Shown here: positions 12,500 through 22,536 of the stretch, one piece after another
How positions within the stretch are numbered: position 1 is the stretch's first letter
Layout of the letters: every line of letters begins with the position of its first letter
DNA from: Azolla caroliniana
Lineage: Eukaryota > Plantae > Polypodiophyta
NCBI GenBank assembly: GCA_043228905.1
Contig: JBHGNT010000015.1
Span: forward strand, 17,050,001-17,114,000
Direction: 5' to 3'
Length of the DNA: 64,000 nucleotides
Program-made: the position numbers and the translations under genes
Notes under the pieces: model-generated
Database searches by the model: none
Told to the model about the DNA's origin: nothing
What the model saw: only the letters and a program-made list of their open reading frames with translations

Positions 12500-14000
12500 A
12501 GACATTGCAAGTTTATTCCCCTAAGTAAACCCTCTCCGATTGAGGAGTAATGCCTTTTGAGCTCCTATCTAACCTCCATTTTGTCCATTACCTCTCCTCC
12601 AAGACATGTCCTCAAAAATCCCCTCTTCAATGGGAGTTTAAGGAAAGCTACCATGCTTAGATGTGTGTGAATCGTCCCTATTTCGGGGTGGATTTTTCCA
12701 TTTTTGTCTTCTTAGTACATTGTCAATTAGAATGCATCATGTGCTACCATTCACTTAGATGCCACTGCTCTTATTTCTTTGGTCATCGCATTCGACCCTC
12801 CTCCCAAAAATTGGATGGACCAAATCTCTATTTCTTCCTCTATAGTTTTGAGTTCTTGAAGGACATCTAGCTCGTCATGTTCAAGGTGATATGTTGTTAT
12901 ATGCATGTCTATAGGAAGAGGGTACTATGATGTTGACCTCAAACTTTCCTAGCGGCATCATCAATGAAAGTGACAAAATTCAATGGACTACCCAAAGATC
13001 TTGTGGGCATAGGTCCAGAAACATCCTTGTGAACAAGATCCAATGGTCGAGTGCATGAGCTAATGCGGCTCTTATGTCCATTTCTGGTTTGCTTACCATG
13101 TTGGCAATGCTCACAAAATGTAAAATGTAAGTGGCTATAGCATAAAAGAATTTCCAATGGCATGCCATTTCGTGACATGTGGCCTAAACATCTATGCCAA
13201 ATGCTTGTAATAGGTTGGTTTGTGATAACCAAAAGATGTTCCTTTTGATGAATGAATAGTGGGTAAAGGGAACCAATTTCATTCCCTTTTGCAATAACCA
13301 TATTTCCTTTTGTTATACAAAAGCTTTGGGAAGCAAATATTATCTTATTGCCGTTGTCATGTGGCCTAAACATCTATGCCAAATGCTTGTAATAGGTTGG
13401 TTTGTGATAACCAAAAGATGTTCCTTTTTATGAATGAATAGTGGGTAAAGGGAACCAATTTCATTCCCTTTTGCAATAACCATATTTCCTTTTGTTATAC
13501 AAAAGCTTTGGGAAGCAAATATTATCTTATTGTCGTTGTCATCAAGCTTACCAATAGACATTAGGTTGTGTTAGTTGAGAACCTTGCATATATTTTTCAT
13601 GGTAAAATGAAAGTCATCACTAAAATGCACTAAGATATCTCCAATACCAATCACATCACATTGATATGTGTCTCCAAGTCTGAGTTTGCCAAATGACTTG
13701 GCTTCATAATATGTGAACCACTGTCTATGTGGAGTCCCAATGCCATCAAATTTTACATCGAAGAACCCTTTTACATAGGGTGAGAGAGATTGGGATCAAG
13801 AAAAATATCATGAGAAAATTCCAAAGTCTCATTGTGGAGATCTACTATCAGCGGCCACATCACCTTCTTCAACCTCCTCTATTGTATAAAAATAGTGGTG
13901 CCTCTTTCAGCATGCATCACTGCTTATTTTTTTAGCATTCACTTGATCTTATCTAGTCCTTGAGCCCAATACTAGCAAAATGTTTGTTAACTCTACCTAT
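12500..14000 (-). mobile_element. Old degenerate Ty1/Copia fragment (protease to integrase), boundaries approximate
   Basis: WHRCLGHMS..FCEHCQHGKQ..LDLVHKDVSGPMP..FVTFIDD on minus at 12939-13373; many stops in the flanks. Confidence 0.8.
13176..13542. repeat. 182-bp tandem duplication inside the Copia relic
   Basis: catgtggcctaaacatctatgcc... starts at 13176 and 13358; copies nearly identical; CAT microhomology at the junction. Confidence 0.9.
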
Positions 14001-14424
14001 CTAGCATTTTCTTCATTTGTTGTGTCAGCTCTAGGTGTTCACAACACGTCTTTACATTAGTGGAGTTATGTCTCCACTTTAGTATCAATGGCCTTGGGGT
14101 CAGGATGGTCGTGTACTCCATTAATGGTGAGTCAAGCAAGAGAAGTTGTCAAAGAAAGACTTTGACTCAAGGAAAGGTTAGACTCAAGGAAACTACAAGG
14201 TCGAGGAAAGTGTTTGAATTGAGGAAACGTCAGAATCGATGAAAGCTTAGACGCAATCAATCAAAGTCTTTGACTTAAGAAAACTAAAAGTTGACGGATC
14301 CCTCCTCTCACCAATGTCATGACTCTCAATTCTCTCTCTCTGTTTCTTTTTACAATCTTGGGTATATATTGGGTTCGATGGCCAATTTTCTCACCTCTCT
14401 AATACTCAATAGATATCTCCTATT

Positions 14425-14946
14425 TCACTAGATGCCACTGTGAAATGTAGGGGTTGAACCCATGACCACTTGGTCTCCATTGGGCAACCTTACCAATTGA
14501 GCTACATCCATTTGGGCTCTCATGTCTCTTTTTAATTTTTATCGTAAGTTATTACACTACAAGCATTGTCTTGTGTTCAAGACCCAATTATCTCAACTCT
14601 CTATTAGATACTTCATACATATCTCTTTTAATTCATTAGATGCCACTGTGGAATGTACAGGTTGAACCCATGACCACCTAGTCTCCATTGGGCAACCTTA
14701 CCAACTGAGCTACATCCATTTGGGCTTCTCTCTTTTTAATTTTTATCGTAAGTACTTTACTCTACTGGTAAGTTATTGCACTACAAGCATTGTCTTGTGT
14801 TCAAGACCCAATTATCTCAACTCTCTATTACATGCTTCATACATATCTCTTTTAATTCACTAGATGTCATTGTTGAATGTACGGGTTAATGACCTCCTGG
14901 TCTTCATTGGGCAACCTTACCAACTAAGCTACATCCATATGGGCTC
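14425..14946 (-). repeat. Tandem array (about 2.5-3 units, 208-219 bp period), each unit with a tRNA-derived SINE-like head
   Basis: Minus-strand A boxes TAGCTCAATTGG, TAGCTCAGTTGG, TAGCTTAGTTGG at 14493-14504, 14701-14712, 14920-14931. B boxes GGTTCAACC near 14451-14460 and 14659-14668; the third is damaged. Confidence 0.75.
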
Positions 14947-14953
14947 ACTCTCC

Positions 14954-14956
<3 letters not shown>

Positions 14957-15006
<50 letters not shown>
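14957..15006. repeat. (CT)n microsatellite
   Basis: About 25 CT units. Confidence 0.95.
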
Positions 15007-15010
<4 letters not shown>

Positions 15011-15929
15011 ATATCACTCAAATAGTTAACATAGGATTAGGACTAACTACATCCAATTAATACAACAAAGATTTAGATTAAGACCCAAAACTTTGGTTTT
15101 ACAAGAAAATACCTTTTCAAAATAGGGTTTACAATGTCATTACAAAATAATCGCAATCATGATTATGAGAAGTGTTTACAATGGTAGTAGCAAAAGTTAG
15201 GTCGGTTAAGCAAATGGTGAGGATTCAAATTTCATAGTCTTTGACGGGCCCGCCTACGTCCAACAACTACACTGATTCTTGTTCATATGGGGTACTCCAT
15301 GGTACTCAGAGCTTCCTTCCTTGAATCACCTTTCAACTTCCTTCCTCCATGCTCACCCAACACACTAAGATGGGTCGGTGAACAAGAAGAAGATAACAGA
15401 GAGATGCTCCAAACTCCACACTCCCCCATGTTATAGGTTTTTAGGGTTAGGGTTAATGAGAATGATAATGATGATGATTGGTAATGAAGATAGACATGGT
15501 GATGGAGAGTATGATGGTGACAGAGATCATATAGAGAAGCATTGCAGGGTGGGGGGTGGTGCCTAGAATGGCTCCACCCCCCTCCCAAGGGGGTTCAACG
15601 TGAGAGAGGGAGAGAGCAGAGAAAAGGTGACAAAGAGAGAGATTAGAGAGAAATGTTCATTCATGTTTCATTCATTCCCCATAAGCGGTTAAATAGTACA
15701 AGAGGGGGTAGATACATAGGGGTGTAAGCCCCATTGAGCATTCATACTGGACACTCACTCACACCTCCTTGTATCCCTCCACATGCACACACGTGTGCAT
15801 GTGTTCACATACGTATAGATTCACAATTACATTTATGCCTCCTACACATACACAACAACATCATGATAACATTCGACCCTCGATCATCACACTTGACTCT
15901 CCGTACATCTCGTACGGGGTAACACAATA

Positions 15930-15945
15930 TGGCACGCCCGTGGGA
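15930..15945 (+). promoter_or_regulatory. Putative Gypsy-type PBS following an LTR-like end (..ggggtaacaca)
   Basis: taacaca-ata-TGGCACGCCCGTGGGA parallels taacaca-att-TGGCACACCCGAT after the Gypsy LTR ending near 57224. Confidence 0.6.
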
Positions 15946-18104
15946 AAGTGCCTTGCACGTCGATCCCACATGCCTTGATGATGATATTTCTTTGACCGGA
16001 ACTTCCATCGGTCCTTTCAACGATCGACTCCCTCGATCAGAGTGCTTCACTCGAACATCTTTGTCGGTCAATGAATCTTCTGCGACACGAACCTTCTCGT
16101 TCTGTCGGCTTACGAACTTTGGTAACATCATTCGGGTCATTAAAAAGACGTTGTATGTATGTGTGTTCTTCTTTGTATCTTGTGAGTTGTGTGTGGATCA
16201 CGTCCATTTCTTTTAGGTAGATGAGTTTTTGAAATTGCCTCGTTGCCCTTTGGTTATTAAAACTCTAATATATACCCTCGAACTTTTGAATTTGCAATGG
16301 GTACCCTCAAGGTTTTGAAATTTGTTGCCCTTATCTTTGTCTTTTCCTTTCTCCTTATTGTTTTGTCTTCCTCTCTTTCTTCATTTTTTCTCTTCTTCCT
16401 GTCTGTTGGTCCATTTGTGTCTCCTTCTCTTCTCTTTCTTCATTTCTACTTCTCTGTCTCTCCCGGTTGCTTCTTTGTCTGTCTGTGGTTTTTGGTGTCT
16501 TTCTCTTTTTCCATGACATCTTTTTCTTCCTTCACTGTTCTTCTTCTTCCTTGCATTTCTCTTCTCTCTTCTTCTTATTTTCTGCATGTCTACCTCTTTC
16601 TTCTCTGTGTTGTCTTTGTTTTGGTTGTCGTGGTTGGTCGTCTGTCCAGCCCGTTTGGCCACTCCGGCCACTGTTCGGCTATACGGCCGCTTCGGCAGTT
16701 CCTCAGCCACTCTTTGGTCGCTCGTCCGTCTCCGTCTCCTGTCGTGGCCATCTCCGACCACTGATGTCGTCCTTGTCCAGCCGCCTCCGTTCGGCCACTA
16801 CAACCGCTCTTAGGTCACTCTCCGGCCTCTCCTCCGTCTCTGTCGGTGTTCGGTTGTCGTCCTCCTCTTTCGACCGTGCGTTCGGTCCATCGTCTCGGCC
16901 GTCTCGTCCACTGTTCGACAATCGGTGTGGCCGCGCCCTTTCGGCCTCACCGGCCTTTTCCATCATTGTCTCGGCCGCTGTCCGGCTGCCTCTATTGTGG
17001 ACTCCATCACCGTCTCTGTCGGTTCCCGTCCGTTTGAGTCCGCCTCTGTGTCTCTGGCTCCGTTGCTATCTCTGTACGGCCATAGTCCGGTGCCATCCAC
17101 ACCTGTTCGAGATCGGTCCGGATCCGGAACGGCATACCGATTCCGGTCCATCCGTCCACACTAATAGCTTACTTACAACCATTCCTTAATAATTAAATAA
17201 CTCCTCCGTTTCACACTCTGGACTACTTTGCCGGCCGGTAACACCCCAACCCCAAACTCCAAGTAAGAAGGAGATGAAACCCTAAAAAAACCAAAAATAA
17301 AAGACCTCCAAAACTCATTAAACAACCAAAAAAATCCTTAGACATCAAAACAAAGACCCCCCAAAAATAAGCCCTCCTCTCCCCTTTGTATAGTGAAAGA
17401 GGCTTCTACCAACCACATTTAATGCTCTTCACCCTTTTATCATTGAAATGTAAAAGGATAGCTCCCTCATGCACCGGCTAGGACTTGAACTCTACCCTCC
17501 TTTTCCCACAATCTATACTAGCCTTATTTGTATCTTATGGACTTTGTCTACCCACTTGACCTAACCATGGTTACAACCCTCCTCAAGTTGCCTCACAAAA
17601 TTTTCACTTTTGTATAGATTCCACATTATTTAGCATTGCAGATTTACAAAGAAATGGCATCCAACGAGGAAGATTTCATGTCCATCCTTAGATTTGTGTG
17701 GCTTTTATATCAATGGCAATTGGTCCAAGAGGTCACTTGCAACAATGGCAACCTCTACATTGCTTTCAACTAGCCAAAAATGTTGGTGAAGGAAGGTCAC
17801 CAATATTTATTGGACCATGTGGCTAGCTACACAAGGACAAGCTCTTAAAAAGGTCGACGTGGGTCAAATTTTGGTTATTGTTGTCCTGAATAGCAATCTA
17901 GATGATGATGATTTAGCCCCAAACAATCAACATCAACATGAATACAACGCTATAAACATCTCATCACCAAACAATAGCAACACACCACAGAATTCCCCTC
18001 ACACAAGGCACCATCGCCTCGTCCACCTCCTTCTACCCATGTGCCCTCTTGAATGGTTACAATCTCCCTCCTTGTTCGCCACCCCTCTACCCTAACACTC
18101 ATTA

Positions 18105-18244
18105 TTACGAGCATGACCATATAATATCTCGTGGTAAGTAATCCTTCCCTTCTTTACACTCTTGGTTAACCCTCACATGTTATCCTTGTGTGTAAAATAC
18201 TATGGTATAACTTACCACGGGATATTATATGGTCATGTCCGTAA
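18105..18244. repeat. 140-bp inverted-repeat element (MITE-like hairpin)
   Basis: 35-bp arms at 18105-18139 and 18210-18244 are reverse complements with 3 mismatches. Confidence 0.85.
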
Positions 18245-20633
18245 CACACACTAACATAGTCACAACATCTGCCACACTTCATCATATCTTCCTAGCCACA
18301 TTGGGAATCTTGTCCTCTAACATATTTGTTGATCCATGTCAACCAACGATTACAACACTCTCGGTGGGAGTAGTGGATTGGACTACAAATTATGGAAGGA
18401 CCAACATCCCAAGAATTTTCTAATGATGGGTCACCTTTTTTCCAAAAAGAGAATATGGTATGCCTTTTTGACAGCATCAACCTCAAAACTGATCTAGAAA
18501 TCTAAGAAAGAGTTCCACCCTTTGGCTACGATACACACCACTATCCCCAACGATACCCTCTCCCAACAAAGTGAGCGGCATGGCAACCACTTGCATAACC
18601 AACATGCCACCCTCATCCCATAACATTTCAATCTTTATGATACATTATTCTTCCTGACACACATTTATGGGTACTATTTTTAAATCGAGATTGAGTACAA
18701 CATTGATATCCTTCTATACCCCCAAATTTATGTGGATAAAGTCCACAAGTAGTCTCAAGCCAACACAACCCCCTTGTGAGGGAGGTATCATGATGTTTGA
18801 GACCTACTGATGAAACCACCTAGTGCTAGCTCAGCACCCATCCATAATCCATCTGCACTAGCCCCCACCTTCTCTCTTCACCCTCATTCTTCCCTCTTCC
18901 ACCCTCAGCCCAAATTCTTAAGTCAAAGAATGTATCCAAACCTCAGTTTTCAATTGGGTAGTTTTCTTCATCACCCCACATGGATTCAAGAGGGGTGCAT
19001 ATGCTCTATATCATGGTTGTCTTCGCTCAACATATCAAAAATATATATGATCTCGACATTCAAGCTATGATTCACATACTACAAGTACTCCAGATCCTAC
19101 TCAATGATCCAAACTTCAAGGCACTCCCACCATCACCTTCCAATTGCCCCTCCGCGACTACTTCTCTACCTTGTGTGGGGAAAATGTTCACTTCTTCTTT
19201 TTTCAATGCCCTTCAACCACAAACAAGGGTCTCATGTCATTCAGCAACATCTTGGCAAGGAAGATATTCACGATTTTTTTTTTCAATGCCCTTCAACCAC
19301 TCTTGTAGTCATTCAAATTTGCATCCATCGCACTTAGTTGTGATAATATCTTCTTGGTCATGGCTGAAGCATCTAGCGATTCATGCTCATTGCCCCAATA
19401 TCGTTATTCAATAAGATAGGTGTGGATGACCAACACTTTCTTGAACTTAATATCATAACACAATCATGAAGGGGCTTTATTGACGCTTTGGTTACAACAA
19501 GGGGCTTTATTGTCAAGTCAGAGTAGAGGTTCTTGAGGTAGGGATCATTCTGACATTAACGGCCATGGAAGTGTTGTGGGTTATCATCCTTACATGCCAA
19601 GCAATGATGCTGATTACAATGGTATTTGATTCATCCAGTGGTTTAGCAAGAATGGGGGCCTGGCAATGGTTGCAATGGAAAGCTCAATAGAGCATACAAT
19701 GGCGAGGCCAAAACAACAAAATTGGTCATCATGCAAATGATGGCAAGGTTGATAGGAGGCGACCATAGTGACCAGAGAGCTGATCGGAAGCATAAGGGCA
19801 AACGAAGGGGCCAAGTCAATGCTTACCGCACCATATTTCGCCTTGAATCAAAACCTAGAAAGGACACCTTGTTGGAAATTTAGCAAGATTGAATCAAACT
19901 AGCAAGGACTCTTTGTTGGAAATTAAGCATGATGGGGTAGGACCATATAACACACAAAAGCTTATCGGTAAAGCGCCTGCTATTTGCCTCATGCAGTCAA
20001 ATCATCTCCCCACTCAACCAAAACATCACAAAGCGTTTTGGCAATCTTACATACAATGTATAAATATAACTAAACTATCTCATAGCATATAACTGACTTA
20101 ACTACAATTAGTTGTTTTTCAAACAATTGAAGTGCACAAAAGTGTCCCTGGTGAAAGCTTAATGAAAATATTGTTTATGTTGTCATGTTCACCTTAACCA
20201 AACATTAAAAGAAATCTGCTTGCATTACAACCACAACCATTCTGAGGCCAAGCTTGAAATACCAAATCACAATTCAATGCAATTTACATGTCTACACCAT
20301 GACAATACTTTTACACAAAGAATCAATTGTTCATATATGTATATCCATATAAAAGGTCCAGAAGCAAAGGTTCATAAAATCAGTGCTTACATAAGCTGAA
20401 GAACTTTATGCCACACAAGGTAAGGGGAATACAGTAAGATAAAAACACTCAGGGTTTACTTCATAAAAAACAAATTTAAACTCTTCATGAATAAAACCAT
20501 CAAAAAAAGGAAATGGAATTTATATTCTAATAAGTATTTTTCAATCATGTTACCCTTAAAACCAAGCTGCAATAACAAACCACTGACAACAATAATGCAC
20601 AATGCAAACCACAACTCAACCGAATTTCACAAA

Positions 20634-20901
20634 ATGGCGACAGTAGTATGCATGCCCATCAAAGATGACTGGCAATATATGGCAACAGTAGTATGCAAAC
20701 CCATCATAGATGACTGCCAATACATGGCAACAGTTGTATGCATACCCATCATAGATGACTGCCAATATATGGCAACAGTTGTATGCATACCCATCATAGA
20801 TGACTGCCAATATATGGCAACAGTTGTATGCATACCCATCATAGATGACTGCCAATATATGGCAACAGTAGTATGCATACCCATCATATATGACTGGCAA
20901 T
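20634..20901. repeat. 45-bp minisatellite, 6 copies
   Basis: Unit atggcaacagttgtatgcatacccatcatagatgactgccaatat starts at 20634, 20679, 20724, 20769, 20814 and 20859. Confidence 0.97.
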
Positions 20902-21100
20902 GTTGCGATGAACCACAATATGACAGTTTCTTTCCATTTCCATTTCCATTTTTAGTTTCTTTTTACATTTTGACGCCTAAGGGACTTTGAAGCCTAAACA
21001 TAATGCATGGTGGAAGGGACACAGCTACTAAGACAAAGCATTTTAAAAAGGCTTTTAAATCAAAAGGCATATTTTTTACGGATTTAGTCGAGACTATGAA

Positions 21101-22459
21101 CTAAGATGATTGTTGAGGATGACCATTGCCTCCCGGCCCAGGAGGAGGTGTGGTAACAGATGCTTGTGGGTTCATGGTGGCTGGACCTTGCGGCTGAGGA
21201 GATGGAGGAGATGGAGATGGAGTTGGAGATGGAGTTGGAGATGGAGTTGGAATTGGAGAAGAAGCTGAACCCTCAGGAGGAGTCCACGGCCTACCGCCTC
21301 CTTGTTCTTGTGGATTCCATGTACGATTCCGAGACCGATTCATCATCCTACTCCTTGGTGGCCCACGGTTCGGAGGTGGGGGAGAATTACCTGCATTGTC
21401 CTCATTCTTCTTGAACACAAACAAGGGCTTGTAGGGGCCAAAGTACTTGTCTATGGCGGCACACGCTGCATTCTCAGGGAGAGAATCAAGATACTCATCG
21501 ATCTTTGGGTCCCGTGGTGGGAACCCAGGCCATGGTCCAAGATACTTCTCAATCACTGCACATGCGGCACTCTCAGCAACGAGGTCTTTCCCAGACTTCT
21601 TCTCTTGGCCACCAGCCGAGAAATTCCTTCTAGAAGAAGCATTGTTGTTATAATTGTTGCTGTTGTTATTGTTGTTGCTGTTGCTCGGTTTTTCAAGCTT
21701 TAAATCGGATGGTCCAAGGTATTTATCAATGACCTCTGCTGCTGCGCTTGTTCTAGGTAGATTGCTTGTGTTTGCACTTGATGGAGGCTTCAGGTTGTTG
21801 TTTGGATGATTTGTATTCGCACCGGGTCCAGAAGGTGGTGAGAAATTGTTGTTTCCACCAGCAGGATTCGAACCATAGCCCTGCATCCTAGGTGGTGGTG
21901 ATTGCTGTTGCCATGTTTGTCTAGGGTTAGGATTAGGGCTGGGGTTTAAATTAGGGTTAGGGTTAGCCGCTTGTGGTTGCGTAGGATTAGGGTTAGCGGC
22001 AGGTGGTGGTGGTGGTGGTGGTGGTGATTGACCATAGTTAGGGTTCGGGTTCTGGTTGGGATAAGGATTAGGATTAGGATTAGGATATCCAGCTGCTGAG
22101 GTGCAGAAACAACTCCGCATACTATACCTCTGCGAGCCTTTCCAGCTACACATCAAGCAATCAGCGGAAGAGTATCTCTGGATCGACACGGCAGTCCCCG
22201 TGCGATCGGATCGTGGCGGGCAGCATAACCCTCTTTTCAAGGGGAAGCTCTGTGGGGCATGGCGTGCAGATTCAGGGAATCGAGAGAATGGGGAGCGATG
22301 GCGTACCTTAGAGTGAAGCCCAGAAGCAGGAGACGACGAAGAAGAAGCGGAGGAGGAGGAGGAGGAGGAAGAAGCAGCAGCGATGTGTCGGAGTGGATGG
22401 AGGATCAGAGAGGACGCCATAGCCGGGCCTTCCCTGAGCAGAGAGCCTGCTCCAACCAT
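21101..22459 (-). CDS. Uncharacterised intronless Pro/Asn-rich protein (452 aa, or 439 aa from ATG 22420) with a transit-peptide-like N-terminus and 3x A-x-x-I-[DE]-K-Y-[LF]-G-P motif
   Basis: Long uninterrupted ORF; Ser/Arg-rich, acid-poor N-terminus ending RSCFCTSAA; telo-boxes just upstream; AT-rich 3' flank; no TE domains. Confidence 0.75.
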   Translation of the reverse strand: MVGAGSLLREGPAMASSLILHPLRHIAAASSSSSSSSASSSSSPASGLHSKVRHRSPFSRFPESARHAPQSFPLKRGLCCPPRSDRTGTAVSIQRYSSADCLMCSWKGSQRYSMRSCFCTSAAGYPNPNPNPYPNQNPNPNYGQSPPPPPPPPAANPNPTQPQAANPNPNLNPSPNPNPRQTWQQQSPPPRMQGYGSNPAGGNNNFSPPSGPGANTNHPNNNLKPPSSANTSNLPRTSAAAEVIDKYLGPSDLKLEKPSNSNNNNNSNNYNNNASSRRNFSAGGQEKKSGKDLVAESAACAVIEKYLGPWPGFPPRDPKIDEYLDSLPENAACAAIDKYFGPYKPLFVFKKNEDNAGNSPPPPNRGPPRSRMMNRSRNRTWNPQEQGGGRPWTPPEGSASSPIPTPSPTPSPTPSPSPPSPQPQGPATMNPQASVTTPPPGPGGNGHPQQSS

Positions 22460-22472
22460 CGGCGCGGAGAGA

Positions 22473-22536
22473 GACAGAGAAACCCTAAGACAGAGAGGCA
22501 GAGAAACCCTAAGACAGAGAGACAGAGAAACCCTAA
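22473..22536. promoter_or_regulatory. Three telo-boxes (AAACCCTAA) in a 24-bp tandem repeat upstream of the orphan ORF
   Basis: AAACCCTAA at 22480, 22504 and 22528. Confidence 0.6.

Noticed and set aside
14441-14719. Functional tRNA genes
   Set aside because: A and B boxes are present, but I could not form a canonical anticodon stem-loop and acceptor pairing is imperfect.
16297-17189. Hydrophobic or Ser/Arg-rich ORFs (155 and 240 aa) as membrane proteins
   Set aside because: They arise from CT-rich and CG-rich low-complexity DNA that is open in several frames on both strands.
20634-20901. CRISPR-like array or repeat protein (MATVVCIPIIDDCQY)n
   Set aside because: Units are contiguous with no unique spacers and no cas genes. 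Frames are open on both strands because the period is a multiple of 3, with no other coding evidence.
21920-22085. Interstitial telomere
   Set aside because: Hexamer-phase TAGGGT/TAGGAT units follow Asn-Pro codons rather than tandem TTTAGGG heptamers.
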